DNA of 64,000 nt, from the NCBI GenBank assembly GCA_950097015.1, contig CATNEN010000007.1:3968001-4032000 (forward strand), read 5' to 3'. Made by a program: the position numbers and the translations under genes. Every line of letters starts with the position of its first letter. Position 1 is the stretch's first letter. Below the pieces are notes generated by a model, which was given only the letters and a program-made list of their open reading frames with translations, ran no database searches and was not told the DNA's origin. Source of the stretch: Macrostomum hystrix. Its lineage: Eukaryota; Animalia; Platyhelminthes. Below are positions 9,063 to 22,785 of the stretch, piece by piece.

Positions 9063-9767
9063 ATGGAAATTTTCAACATGCAGTTGGCTCACGATTCAAC
9101 ATTCATTATTGCGGGGCCGTCTAACTCTGGAAAAACTGAATGGACACTTAGATTGCTAAGTGAACGAGATAAGCTATTTGATAAGAAACCTCAGCGTCTT
9201 CTTTGGTGTCATGGTACAAACCTAACTTCCGACGATCAGCAACGAATAATCAAGTGTTGGAATAAATCTGGAGATGAACCTGTTCATTTCGTAAATGGAT
9301 TTCCAGCTCAACTGGCTTCTCGGTTTAAGCCAAACGATCTAGTTGTCGTTGATGACCTGCAAAGTGAAGTGACGAAGTCTGCTGAGTTTACTAGCCTGTT
9401 TACAAAGCTTGCCCATCATACACCACTCACGTGTCTTTATATTTGTCAGAACCTCTTTAATCGATCAGATCCTGAGGCGCGTACGCGAAGTTTATCAGCT
9501 AGTTATATTTGCCTAACTCGTAGTGTTCGAGATCGTGCATCAGTTGAGCATCTAGCTCGGCAAATGTTTCCACGCAATAGTCGGTTTTTAGTAAATGTAT
9601 ATGAAGATGTAACAAATAATAAGCCATACTCCTATTTGTTCATCGATTTGCGTCAAAAAACGCCAGATTTTTTACGACTTCGCACAGGTATTTTTCCTGG
9701 TGATTGTCATATTGTATACATACGTTCTTCCGAAGCTGGTGTTTCAAACGCTATAAGCGATTTTTGA
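9063..9767 (+). CDS. A32/FtsK-type genome packaging ATPase
   Basis: Walker A GPSNSGKT, Walker B LVVVDD, downstream HH and ICQN motifs typical of Maverick ATPases. Confidence 0.9.
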   Translation: MEIFNMQLAHDSTFIIAGPSNSGKTEWTLRLLSERDKLFDKKPQRLLWCHGTNLTSDDQQRIIKCWNKSGDEPVHFVNGFPAQLASRFKPNDLVVVDDLQSEVTKSAEFTSLFTKLAHHTPLTCLYICQNLFNRSDPEARTRSLSASYICLTRSVRDRASVEHLARQMFPRNSRFLVNVYEDVTNNKPYSYLFIDLRQKTPDFLRLRTGIFPGDCHIVYIRSSEAGVSNAISDF

Positions 9768-9813
9768 TTTGTACGCTTGATTAATATTTTCGCGCATAAA
9801 CTTATTTTTGAAA

Positions 9814-10812
9814 ATGAGCTTCTACGTAACATTACCTTCGAACGATACTAGCTATTCAGATAATTCTCCGAATTATTTTCGAATAAGATTGGCTGAGCCA
9901 CTCAACTTGTCAGCTGGTTTGTACGAAGTTGCTCTAGTAGAGTTACTCTGTCGTGGAGCAAATACAACACCGAATGCTCATCGAGAAAGACAATTTGAAG
10001 TTCCATACTATGTTAATGTTGAACCAATTTTTGCATCGTCTGTTCCTATTTGGAAACGTATTTGGGCTGAGGCTGATTTGGAAGCCTACGTTTCTTGGCG
10101 AGCTGCTGGATCAATAGAAAGGTTTTCATGGTTTCTGCGCAATGCTGGCGAAAAAGCGCTTGGAATTGAGCTACCCGCCGCATTTATGGATACCTATCAG
10201 TTCAACTCTTGGAAGATAATAACGACTCTAACGTCTGACCTTTCAACGGAGCCTACAAACGCAAGTTTTCAACCGGCAGATGGGAATTATAAAGATCTTA
10301 TTAAGAATTCCGTAAAGTCTCTGGTAATTCCTTCGGATCAATTTTTTACATTCTATTTTATTCTTCTTCCTGGCCAGGCAATGCGACTCGTTTCAGACGA
10401 TGTCGAACTGATAAGTACTAGTGATGATAATGCAATATTTCATATGCTCCGATATTGGCGAGCTAGACGATTGTGGTGTTTCAAAAAGACCTACTTGGAT
10501 AGTAATTTGACTCGTCCAATTTCATCAAAAACAGTTTACATGTACTGCTATACCGATATAATCGAACATCAGGCTGTTGGAAGCACTGCAGTCCAATTGC
10601 TCCGTGTAGTGGAACTTCAGCAAAAGAAGGACGGCGAACTTACTCGCGAAAGCAGCACATTCCAAAAGTCATATTACCTAAAAACCAATCGTCAGCGAAT
10701 AAGTGAGATTGGTATTCGCCTTTCGGATCAGCGTGGACAGGAATTCAATTTTCATTCGGAGGCGCATGTAGTTGTCGTGCTTCATTTTCGTCTGCGGTCT
10801 GATGGTATATAA
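9814..10812 (+). CDS. Minor capsid (penton-like) protein
   Basis: N-terminal MSFYVTLPSN...YEVALVE and C-terminal YTDII...VG...QLLRVV...IGIRLSDQRG...VVLHFR pattern of Maverick minor capsid proteins; first ATG is at 9814. Confidence 0.75.
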   Translation: MSFYVTLPSNDTSYSDNSPNYFRIRLAEPLNLSAGLYEVALVELLCRGANTTPNAHRERQFEVPYYVNVEPIFASSVPIWKRIWAEADLEAYVSWRAAGSIERFSWFLRNAGEKALGIELPAAFMDTYQFNSWKIITTLTSDLSTEPTNASFQPADGNYKDLIKNSVKSLVIPSDQFFTFYFILLPGQAMRLVSDDVELISTSDDNAIFHMLRYWRARRLWCFKKTYLDSNLTRPISSKTVYMYCYTDIIEHQAVGSTAVQLLRVVELQQKKDGELTRESSTFQKSYYLKTNRQRISEIGIRLSDQRGQEFNFHSEAHVVVVLHFRLRSDGI

Positions 10813-10849
10813 GCAAATGTGAATTTCTAAAAGAAGCTCATTTCTTGCC

Positions 10850-11968
10850 ATGACTAACATTACTGAAAACATAAAGCGAAGTGCTCAGTCGCTATCTCAG
10901 TGTGCATTTGTTTTACAAGCTGTAAGCCGTCTGAGAAATCCAAAACATCGAAAAAGCTTTTTGAAAACTCTAACAGAAGCAGAGATTCGCTGTCTAGTGG
11001 AGTTTCTGCTAAACATTGTCAACGGACGTGTTCAAGTGAGTTCCTGCAACAAGACCCGGCTTGAGAAACATAGCAAGTATATCAAAAAGCTATTAAAAAG
11101 AGAGACTCCACTTGGTGAGAAAAGAAGAATCCTTGTACAGCACGGTGGGTTTTTACCGTTCTTGGCTCCTATCATTGCTGCTCTACCTGCTATAGGCACA
11201 GCGTTAGGAATTACTTCTGGTGTTGTTGGAACTGCCGCCGGTGCAGCAAACTTAGTTAGAGCAATTCAGCGAAAAAAACTAAACATGCAGTCTCGAAATG
11301 CGAATGAACTACAGCGAATGTTTCTGATTCCTGAAAGCATGTATCAATCAATGCAACAGAGACAGGACGAAATACTATCAAGCAGCTTAGTACGTAAAAC
11401 AGATGCTCTGGAGACACCGCGAGATGTACTAGCAAAGAATATAGTTTCAATGCGAGAAGAAATTGATGCTCTAGATGATGTAATTGAAAAGCAGCCCTCC
11501 TCTACAGCTCAACTGAAAAGATCTGACTTGGAGAGTAAATTGTTAAAGTCACGTAGAGTCTACCACACTGGAGTGGAAAGACCAGCACCTGTTCGCGAAA
11601 GTTTTTCAAGTCAATTCGAAATGCAAGATCGAATGCAAATTCCTAAGGCTTTCCGCTCTCGGCTGGATAGACTCGCTAAAAATCTATTCTCAAACGATTC
11701 ATCGTTGGAACCTCTACCCGAAGATTTTTCTGAAAATGAAATTCAAGATTTAATGGAATATATTGTTCGTGATAAACCGCTAAAGCGAAACGAAAAAGAA
11801 CCTCCAATCGGTCTTCAACATTTCCTTGAATTTCTTCGGAAACGAGGCGTTACAGCTAGCCAAGTCGGTCGTCATGTGCGAAAGGAGTTTGAGACTGCCA
11901 TTGCTGAGGAACCTGAGGTGAACCTCGAAGATTTAAGTCTGCTCGAAAATTATCAGAGAGATGTTTAG
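10850..11968 (+). CDS. Virion core/membrane-active precursor (adenovirus pX/Mu-like N-half) fused to a second uncharacterised domain
   Basis: Basic helical N-region then QHGG|FLPFLAPIIAALPAIG, resembling adenovirus pX MRGG|ILPLLIPLIAAAIG; second half begins near an internal Met (MQSR...RMFLIP). Confidence 0.55.
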   Translation: MTNITENIKRSAQSLSQCAFVLQAVSRLRNPKHRKSFLKTLTEAEIRCLVEFLLNIVNGRVQVSSCNKTRLEKHSKYIKKLLKRETPLGEKRRILVQHGGFLPFLAPIIAALPAIGTALGITSGVVGTAAGAANLVRAIQRKKLNMQSRNANELQRMFLIPESMYQSMQQRQDEILSSSLVRKTDALETPRDVLAKNIVSMREEIDALDDVIEKQPSSTAQLKRSDLESKLLKSRRVYHTGVERPAPVRESFSSQFEMQDRMQIPKAFRSRLDRLAKNLFSNDSSLEPLPEDFSENEIQDLMEYIVRDKPLKRNEKEPPIGLQHFLEFLRKRGVTASQVGRHVRKEFETAIAEEPEVNLEDLSLLENYQRDV

Positions 11969-12197
11969 TATAAGCGTGCTTTTAATTATTGTATGGTATA
12001 ATGCATTATTGACACTTGATAATTAATAAATTTGTAAGTCATGAGCTGTTCAAACCTAAGAGTTTTGTTGCAGAGTTTCTTTGATTATTTGCAGCTAGAA
12101 ACTTGCTGTCCGCTCATATTTAACTCCTGCTTTGAAAGCGAGACAACCGACGGTGATTCAGTTATCGACGTAAGCTTCATTTGCTGCAATACAATCA

Positions 12198-13349
12198 ATG
12201 CAAGGAATACGTAAAAGTATTGCTCAGTTTCTATCTGATTCTTTCTTCAACTTGGAAAATCCGACTTCGTTCTCAGGTAATAGATCTGAACTTGTTCGTG
12301 CTGTGCGCAAAGAATTTCCACAGATAAAATATGAAGACGCACGAAAGGAAGTACAAAGTTGGGTACGATCAACAAAAGAGCACCATTTATTTCAAAAGTT
12401 GCCTAAAAAATTTCTGACACCAAAAATTAGTGTACCACCCGTGGCACGATTCCAGTTTCAAATCGATTTAGCCGACCTGCCGCAGTATAAAACTGAAAAT
12501 CGAGGTTATCGTTTCATACTAGTTCTAATTGACTGCTTCACGCGAAGCATTCGACTTAGGCCATTAAAGACAAAGAAACCTAGCGAAGTGAGTCGAGTGC
12601 TGCAAGATATTTTTCGAAGTGGCTTCAAACCAGTTTATTTACAAGGCGACGCAGGCATGGAGTTTCTTGGAAAATCAACGCGACAAATGCTAAAACAGGA
12701 GGGAGTGAGGTTTTTCGTTTCTCAAAGTTCCTACAAGGCTAGCCTGGCAGAAAGATTTATTCGATCTCTAAAAGAACGCCTGCAACGATACTTTCGAGCT
12801 AAGAATCTAGCACGTTGGTTTGACATATTGCCACAGTTGGAGAAAAATTTCAACGCAAGTCCACATCGAGCTTTAAGTGGAGAAACACCGAAACGAGTAG
12901 AGAATGATGAACATCTTCAAGGAATTCTATGGGACAAAATGTTTACACAAGTGCGCACTTCAAAACCAAAATTCAAAGTTGGTGATTGGGTGCGAATTCT
13001 CCGACGACGAGGAATTTTTGAAAAGGGTTACACAACAATTTGGAGCAATTCAAAGTTTCGTGTTCATCATGTTCACCTGTCTGACCCGCCAATGTATGAA
13101 TTAGCTGATTCAGAAGATAATTTCGATTTGCTAGAAGGAAGATTCAACGAGGATGAACTTCTACTCGTGAATGAAGTGGATGAGGAACCTGTCGATATAG
13201 AAAAGGTTCTCGAAACAGATCGTTCGCAGAAGGGTAATCGTTTGTATTTAGTAAAGTGGAAAGACATGCCAATTTCACGGAGTCAGTGGCTGAGTGAAAA
13301 AGATCTCGATGCAAAGACTGCTAGACTGTTTGCTCGTGTGTATAAGTAA
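12198..13349 (+). CDS. Retroviral-like DDE integrase with C-terminal chromodomain
   Basis: QIDLAD (D1), LQGDAGMEF (D2), SLAERFIRSLK (E); KFKVGDWVRI SH3-like region; IEKVL...YLVKWK...QW chromodomain. Confidence 0.95.
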   Translation: MQGIRKSIAQFLSDSFFNLENPTSFSGNRSELVRAVRKEFPQIKYEDARKEVQSWVRSTKEHHLFQKLPKKFLTPKISVPPVARFQFQIDLADLPQYKTENRGYRFILVLIDCFTRSIRLRPLKTKKPSEVSRVLQDIFRSGFKPVYLQGDAGMEFLGKSTRQMLKQEGVRFFVSQSSYKASLAERFIRSLKERLQRYFRAKNLARWFDILPQLEKNFNASPHRALSGETPKRVENDEHLQGILWDKMFTQVRTSKPKFKVGDWVRILRRRGIFEKGYTTIWSNSKFRVHHVHLSDPPMYELADSEDNFDLLEGRFNEDELLLVNEVDEEPVDIEKVLETDRSQKGNRLYLVKWKDMPISRSQWLSEKDLDAKTARLFARVYK

Positions 13350-13382
13350 AGCTGAAAAACTGATATCGCTTAATAATAAGTC

Positions 13383-13817
13383 ATGGATCCGATATTCGCC
13401 TTCTATTCCGGTCCAAATAATTCAATCGGTGGACGAGGAGCATCTGCAATCCCCGTCTACGAAGGATACGGATTCCTATCAAACTTGGCTGAAAGACTGC
13501 TATTTCCTGTAATACGTAATGCTAAAAAGGATCTTCTGGATCGCAGCCTAGATTATTTTAAAAGCGCTGCCAGCAAAATCGGTATGGGGCGCAAGCGGCA
13601 CGCGAACTCAACTTCTGAAGAAGACATGTTTGACACGCCTACCTTAACCAACAAGCGACGAAAGAGAGCAGCTAGACCTATAAGCTTAAGACGTAAAGGA
13701 AAAAAACGAGGTGTAACAAGACGACGAGGAGGACGAAGTACCTACAGAGTCAAGAAACGAAGAGGAAAGCAAAACTCCGCTGCAAGCAAGAAGCTTTTTA
13801 GTTTATTCGGAAAATAA
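13383..13817 (+). CDS. Basic DNA-condensing core protein (pVII-like)
   Basis: Gly-motif N-terminus (IGGRG, EGYGF), Arg/Lys-rich C-terminal half, position immediately before the MCP as in Mavericks. Confidence 0.6.
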   Translation: MDPIFAFYSGPNNSIGGRGASAIPVYEGYGFLSNLAERLLFPVIRNAKKDLLDRSLDYFKSAASKIGMGRKRHANSTSEEDMFDTPTLTNKRRKRAARPISLRRKGKKRGVTRRRGGRSTYRVKKRRGKQNSAASKKLFSLFGK

Positions 13818-13818
13818 C

Positions 13819-15141
13819 ATGAATCAACTTCTCGGTCCCGACATTGCTGCATTGAAAAGCGAACTCTCTCTCTTTGACCAGACACCTGTTCAATTCAGTG
13901 TTTTAGAAAGTCGCTACACAGACATTCAACCACAACATGGGATAACAAAAGGTTCTCCAATCGAGTTTGAGATTGTACCGCCTGGAGATCTGTATTTAGA
14001 TCTGCATGATACTGTGCTAACAGTTAGCTTCCGCGTCAGCGACGGAGAAGGTAACGCAATTGATGCTGCAAAAAACTATGTGTGTGTAAACAACTTAGCA
14101 ATCGCAACATTGTTTGAAGATGTGCAATTTACTATTGGAGACACTGTTGTTGAAGGTGGAAGCTTCATGTATCCCTACAAGGCAATGCTTCTAACACTTC
14201 TTGAGTATGGACACACAGCACAGAAGTCAGGTCTGGTGCCTTGGGGTTTCTACAAAGATACTGCTGGTAAAATGAATTCAACAAACGATAACGAAGGACG
14301 AACGAAGAGGCGATCGTTGATTGCTGAAAATCGACATTGTACAGTGTCTGGTCCTCTATTTTTAGATCTTTTTCGTCAACCGCGATATCTACTTTCAAAG
14401 ACACCAATGCGTATCAAATTAACACCAGCAAAAAGCAAATTTGTTTTGAGTGGTGCATCAATAGGAAGCGATGTGCAACTTAAAGATTATGAAATTAGGT
14501 TCTTGCGAGCAGAATTACGACTGCGACTTGTCCAACCATCACCTAGCGTTACTAGTGCTCATGCACATGGTCTGAAAAGCCACAATGCTCTATATCCCCA
14601 CCGGAGTCTAAGCATGGGAACATTTACTATTCCTCGCGGATCATCCAGCCACACGCACGAGAATTTATTCCCAAGTGGAGTTCCACGGCTTTTATTATTA
14701 GCTTTTGTAAATAACCGAGCATTCAATGGAAGCATGGACACGAATCCATTCAACTTTGAGCATGCTAACGTTAACAGCATCGGTGTGTTTGTAAATGGAG
14801 AGTCAATGCCATGTCGACCGCTGCAAACCAACTTTGAAGGTGACTGTGTGACAGAGTATACTTTTCTTCTACAGCAACTGGGTCTTTATCTGCAAGGACG
14901 TGACATTGGTTTCACTATGGGTGAATATGCGAATGGATACTCTATTTTTGCCTTTAGTCTCGGTAGTGAACCAGGTATCGGACATGGTGTTCAACTGTAT
15001 AAGGAAGGAAATGTGAAAATTGAGCTGCGATTCAGTTCTGCAACTAGCACTGTGTACAACGTCATATTTGGAGGAATTTTTGACAAGCAATTGCAACTAA
15101 CTGAGCTTCGTGACGTTGTTCCTGGAACTGCATGGAAGTAA
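13819..15141 (+). CDS. Double jelly-roll major capsid protein
   Basis: KSELSLF...PIEFEI...YLDLHDTVL N-terminus; FNFEH and G.S.FAF.L motifs of Maverick MCPs; 440 aa. Confidence 0.9.
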   Translation: MNQLLGPDIAALKSELSLFDQTPVQFSVLESRYTDIQPQHGITKGSPIEFEIVPPGDLYLDLHDTVLTVSFRVSDGEGNAIDAAKNYVCVNNLAIATLFEDVQFTIGDTVVEGGSFMYPYKAMLLTLLEYGHTAQKSGLVPWGFYKDTAGKMNSTNDNEGRTKRRSLIAENRHCTVSGPLFLDLFRQPRYLLSKTPMRIKLTPAKSKFVLSGASIGSDVQLKDYEIRFLRAELRLRLVQPSPSVTSAHAHGLKSHNALYPHRSLSMGTFTIPRGSSSHTHENLFPSGVPRLLLLAFVNNRAFNGSMDTNPFNFEHANVNSIGVFVNGESMPCRPLQTNFEGDCVTEYTFLLQQLGLYLQGRDIGFTMGEYANGYSIFAFSLGSEPGIGHGVQLYKEGNVKIELRFSSATSTVYNVIFGGIFDKQLQLTELRDVVPGTAWK

Positions 15142-15701
15142 TTGATTCTATTCTACAAAACGGTGTTACAGATCGATTTCTTCGGTCTATTGCTACAAAA
15201 CTGTGCGCTTATTTTTCGCATGCTGTCTTCTTAGGAGTATTCCCCCAAGATTTTGTATTAAGTATTAAGCATCTTCCACTTAATGAAAAGGATTATTTTT
15301 TTATTGTAAACACAGACACTTCTAATCTACCTGGAAAACATTGGGTTTGTGTTTGGGTGCATGGAAATACGTCCTATGCAGGTCGACAGGGTAAAAGATA
15401 TGGAGAATATTTCGATTCACTTGGACTCCATCCGATTGCATCTGTGGCACGTTGGTTAGGAATACAATGTGGTGGGGCAAGAAATTGGAGTTATACTCGC
15501 TTTGCTGTTCAAGACCCTCGAAGCGGTAGCTGTGGCTTTTGGGCTGTATTTTATGTCTTTTATAAATTGACTATTCGAAAAACTCTGCACGTCTTTCTAA
15601 AGAGTATTTCTAAGCGCAATGTCTCGCGAAGTGATTCTTTCCGAAAAGCCTATGTTAAACTGCGATCTTTTGTTTTACGAGTTTTAATTCATTATCTGTG
15701 A
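15132..15701 (+). CDS. Adenain-like cysteine maturation protease
   Basis: IVNTD...GKHWV (His), YFDSLG (Asp), VQD (Gln), SCG (Cys). Confidence 0.9.
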   Translation: MEVIDSILQNGVTDRFLRSIATKLCAYFSHAVFLGVFPQDFVLSIKHLPLNEKDYFFIVNTDTSNLPGKHWVCVWVHGNTSYAGRQGKRYGEYFDSLGLHPIASVARWLGIQCGGARNWSYTRFAVQDPRSGSCGFWAVFYVFYKLTIRKTLHVFLKSISKRNVSRSDSFRKAYVKLRSFVLRVLIHYL

Positions 15702-18245
15702 CTGTTGGTCATGTTAACGGTTTAAGTATACTGTAAGTGCATTAAGAGATGCATAAAATGGTGCGATGCTTCAAAGCAAGTCTTGAATTATTTTATGGCT
15801 AGTTGGTTCGACAATATTTTAGCATGTGTCATATGATACCGCGTGTGGAATTAAATAAAAATTTCTGTTTCAACAAAAAGCTTCGTACCGAATCTGATGA
15901 ATAAGACAGAAACATTAATTTGTGATAGAATATTTTGTCAAGTTAGTGTGACAATGTCACTAAGTCTGTGTGCAGCAACTCTCGCTAGAGGTAGCTTTAA
16001 ATAAAACTGATTCAACATATCAGATTCAACATATCAACATTTCAGATTGTTAGCGTGTCTCTGAATTCTTATCTGCACACTAAATGAGCAGTTAGCTTGG
16101 ACTTGGAATTTTTTAACAACATGCCAAGGACAGAGATAGAGAGAGAGAGAAGAGAGAGAGATAGACTTTGACTTAGAAAAATTCCTCGTGCGAGTTAGGA
16201 CTTAGAAAATTTTTGGTGCGTTTTGAGTTAAATGTATAGGCATTTCCTATGCGGTACTACCTATGTATTTCTCCATAAGGAAAACGCGTTTGTTTCATAT
16301 TTTTTTATACTACTCACATCAGTCCATCATCCCAGTCCTCTGCAGCGCGACACTGCCGGACCCCATCCGCATCGATCGCTATGCGCCACGTGCACTAGGG
16401 CAGATGCGGGGATCAGCGATGTCATGCAGGCGTGGACAAGTGCGATTGGGAGTTTCAGGAAGCTAGCAGCTGCTCGGGGATGTGCCCTGCTGGCATCAGA
16501 GCCTTGTATGTCATTTTAATTACCTAAATTATTTTATCAATCTGTTTTTTCTTTTCTGTTTTCAATTGTCGCTAATTGTCTGCTTTGTTGTTGTTGTTGG
16601 TATAGACAAAGACATTAAAAGCTCGGAGATTTTCGATGTGATAGAACAAGCATGCATTCGGTTGGATCTACAGGTATACTCATTGCTTGTAACATAGATG
16701 TCGAATAGGGAAGATTTTAATTGTAGTTGCATTCCGTTTTACGTAAGCTTACCTTTAGCTTGGCAGGATACTTCAATTTTTTCGCTGCTACTGGTACATC
16801 ACAGTTTGCCAATACAAGCGTGAAATTTTATCGCAGATACAGAACTTTACATTTCATTGATCGAAATTCATGCAGCAATTAAAAATATAAGCTTGCCAAT
16901 ATCATACGCAGGGCAACATTCCTACTCCACGCAAGGGTAATTCGATGCGAATCACTTTATGTACGTTGCTGTTCGTTTTTCGTTCATTTCCCATACGAGC
17001 GTATCGCACTAAATTGAGTTGTCCGACGGACATAATTATTCTAAGAAAGAATGTTGTCTCCCAAGTCCAAACTTATAGCTTATAGTCCTTGCATTATACT
17101 ATATTTAAAAGAATAAAGAGAAAAAAGTTGTGTAGCTCTGCTTGTCTTCAGAGTAAAGTCTTGATTATTAGGACTAAAGGCGGCGAAACTTGCTCTAAAT
17201 AGCTCGTTAGGCCTACTATCGTTTCTATATGGAACTATAACAAGAAGAATGCCTGAAAGGGCCTTCCTTCCATTGGGTAATTTTTTTAATTTGAATTTCG
17301 ACGTACAAGCACTCCTTAGTTAAATAATTCTAATTTGTATGTCCTGCTTAGAACAGTAACTGATAAATACATGAAATTATTTTTTTGCCATTTTTTAAAG
17401 ACTGAAATCATTAAAAATATTTACTTTTACTTTTTTTGTATGCTGAAAAATACTAAAATATTTCTGTATTTATAACATGCTACACATTTCCTATACCTCA
17501 ATTCAACTGAGACTAAAATTAGCTAGCTATTTGGAGGATGGTTGGGGCAGCTGCAGAAAGAAGATGGTGCAGTGTGGGACCAAGACTGCCATAGTTGGGA
17601 GGGGTTGGGAGAATGATGAATGATACACTATTGGATAGCTTGTGATGGGTAGATGTGGGGTTGGCAGAAGTCTAAGACAAGTAGGGTGTTTGATAGTAGT
17701 CAGGTAGCCATCAATTATTTCAATTTCGCATTTGAATTGAATTGAAAAGTAATGTTGTTTCTCAGAATTTTAAGCCCTTGTTTTATGTGATATTTTATAC
17801 AGGCCTGTGTATATTCATATTCATGAATTGATTTCCTGCAAATATAGCAGTAATTGGCTTTGTTTCTAACTTTCTTGACTTTTGAAAAGTATCTGTATTC
17901 AGCAATTTCTTTTTAAAATAGGCCTATATTGTGGGTTTTTTCTTCTTTTAGTTTTTGTAAAACAGTAGTAGCTAGCTATAAAGGTAATTTGTCTGCTTTG
18001 GTACCAAGTACTATCAAATTTATTCATATCACTTCAGCAACAAGATATTATGGTGATTGACATTTAAATATATTTTTTCTCAACATGGATTGCGACATAT
18101 AGCTCTAATACACAAGAAAGGTACTGAAGGAAAATGACAACAACCAAAAACTTTGTGTTTTAAAGCAGGCGTGTTTATACTTTTACTTGGAGTAACAAAG
18201 TTTTATCATTGCAATGTATCATCTTTAAGATCACAAAGCTATTAA

Positions 18246-20544
<2,299 letters not shown>

Positions 20545-21454
20545 ACGGCGATGCGCCGTTTTCACAGCACCTGCCCTTTTCTGTCCCCTACGTGACTTGC
20601 ACTGGAGGCTGCCTCTCCTGTGAATTTTTAAGTTATTTAGAACTTAGGAAATGTTAATTTATTGTCCATTCACTCGCCAGTGTATGCTAAATGTTAATTT
20701 AGCTTGCTGCCTGACATTTTATAATTTGACAGTTTGCACGCATTTTATGAACTGTTTGCGATTGTTGATTTAAAAATCCTTGTATCAAATCTAACGGCCT
20801 AGATGTTTATCTGTGTGTAATTGCCCTGATAAATTCTTAGACTGCAACGCTCGGTTAGAAACTAACGTTGCTATCGTAACACAAAAAATCAACAATGAAA
20901 AATGTTTGAAATAATTTTTTGACATTTAGACTAGCGGTAATTGTTAGCCATAATGCACATGTTCGGCATGTGAGTTGCTCACGCTGGAGACTAGATGTCG
21001 GGGATTTTTATACCATTTCTGAGGCGCGTCTTGGAACCCAAATCTATTTTTGTCATTCATGCACTCATCCTGGTTCATTCCTTCCCGCAAGTGAATTGTG
21101 ATTTCAGTTTACTGTGAATTTCTTGGCGCTCATTTTAAAGCGGCGGTTTTTAAATTTATTTTTCTCATTAGCGACAATCTCCCTCAGAAGCTATTTTAAA
21201 GCCTTTAGTTGTTTTTCACTCGCCGCCATGGCCTCTCTTATTATGAGATTCGAGTACGCAAGCCGGATAGGACTGAACATCGGCTTGTTGCCATTGACAA
21301 CCGAAATAAATTGTATTCAAATGCTTAATACATTATACATTTCAGTTATTTGTCATTAAATTTGCAGCAAAACGATTCCTTGCTGTTCTGATTTTTGCTT
21401 TGGTGTTTTTTATGCTCGGATAGATTGCACCCATGCAACACCCCAACTGACATG

Positions 21455-22035
21455 CCAGCACCAGCTCTCCTTCAGTGACATGCCAGCACCAGCTCCGAGT
21501 CCCTCAGTGACATTTCAGCACCAGATCCCAGTCCTTCAGTGACATGGCAGCACCTGCTCCCAGTCCTTCAGTGACATGGCAGCACCAGATCCCAGTCCTT
21601 CAGTGACATGGCAGCACCAGATCCCAGTCCTTCAGTGACATGCCAGCACCAGCTCCGAGTCCCTCAGTGACATTTCAGCACCAGATCCCAGTCCTTCAGT
21701 GACATGGCAGCACCTGCTCCCAGTCCTTCAGTGACATGGCAGCACCAGCTCCCAGTCCTTCAGTGACATGGCAGCACATTCCATCACCAGCTCCCAGTCC
21801 CTCAGTGACATTTCAGCACCAGATCCCAGTCCTTCAGTGACATGGCAGCACCAGCTCCCAGTCCTTCAGTGACATGGCAGCACATTCCATCACCAGCTCC
21901 CAGTCCCTCAGTGACATTCCATCACCAGCTTCCAGTCCTTCAGTGACATGCCAGCACCAGCCTCCAGTCCTTCAGTGACATGCCAGCACCAGCGTCCAGT
22001 CCTTCAGTGACATTCCAGCACCAGCTTCCAGTTCT
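21455..22035. repeat. ~32-bp minisatellite
   Basis: Unit approx. cagcaccagctcccagtccttcagtgacatgg. Confidence 0.9.
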
Positions 22036-22785
22036 TCAGACATGCCAGCAGCTTTCTGCACACAAGCAACCTGCAAGCAAGGTTCTAATTCCTTGGATTT
22101 AAAAACAGTATACATTTATTTTAGGTGCGTATTTAACTTTTCCGTGTTCCATTTATTTGAAATAAAAGTGCATGCGCGGCTGTTTAAATATAAAAAGGCA
22201 CTTTTGAGCGATGAAGCTTGCTGGCAAAATGAAATTTGCATGCCAATCGAATGAGAGATTCGGTTTAAGATCCGGTAATAGCGTCATTGACAATGGTTTC
22301 ACAAGACAAACGGTGGCAGCTCACAATTAAACAAAGAGTTTTAACAAAACAAAGACTTCTCAAATTTTCTATGCTTACTTCAATCGTAAACAGCGAAGCA
22401 TGTTTTCAACGGTCCAGGGTTACTTTCGGCACATATTGACATTTGTCACTAGCAAAGAGCTAAGCTAAGCATTTATTGCACTCAGAGATGCGCATTAAGC
22501 AGGCAATAATCAGATTCCGCAGGCAGTAGAATTTTTGCGACATAATTTTTGTTGCCTAAAAAGCGTCAAATCTCTACTAAGGGCATGCTGGCAGCTAATG
22601 GATTGTAAACTGCAGACGGCTTAACATGTTTATTATTCACCTATCAGTTTTGTGCAACATGTAACTAAGAAAATCTATTGTATTTAATTCTATAGCTGTT
22701 TCAGCTTGCATAATTCAGTTTATAATTCGTTGAAATCAATTCACTTTATTCACAATTCTCTCATGGGATTCGTTTTAACTGAAAT

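Larger units (their letters stand above)
1..16200 (+). mobile_element. Maverick/Polinton (adintovirus-like) endogenous dsDNA virus; left end probably beyond the window, right end unresolved (end coordinate approximate)
   Basis: Co-oriented, tightly packed set of pPolB, FtsK/A32-type ATPase, minor capsid, DDE integrase with chromodomain, major capsid and adenain-like protease ORFs, all uninterrupted. AT-rich intergenic DNA distinct from the GC-rich host exons downstream. No TIR pair or TSD identifiable in the window. Confidence 0.92.

Noticed and set aside
16130-16172. (AG)n tract as the Maverick terminus
   Set aside because: A right end should read (CT)n or ACTACT on this strand, and no TSD or partner TIR is visible.
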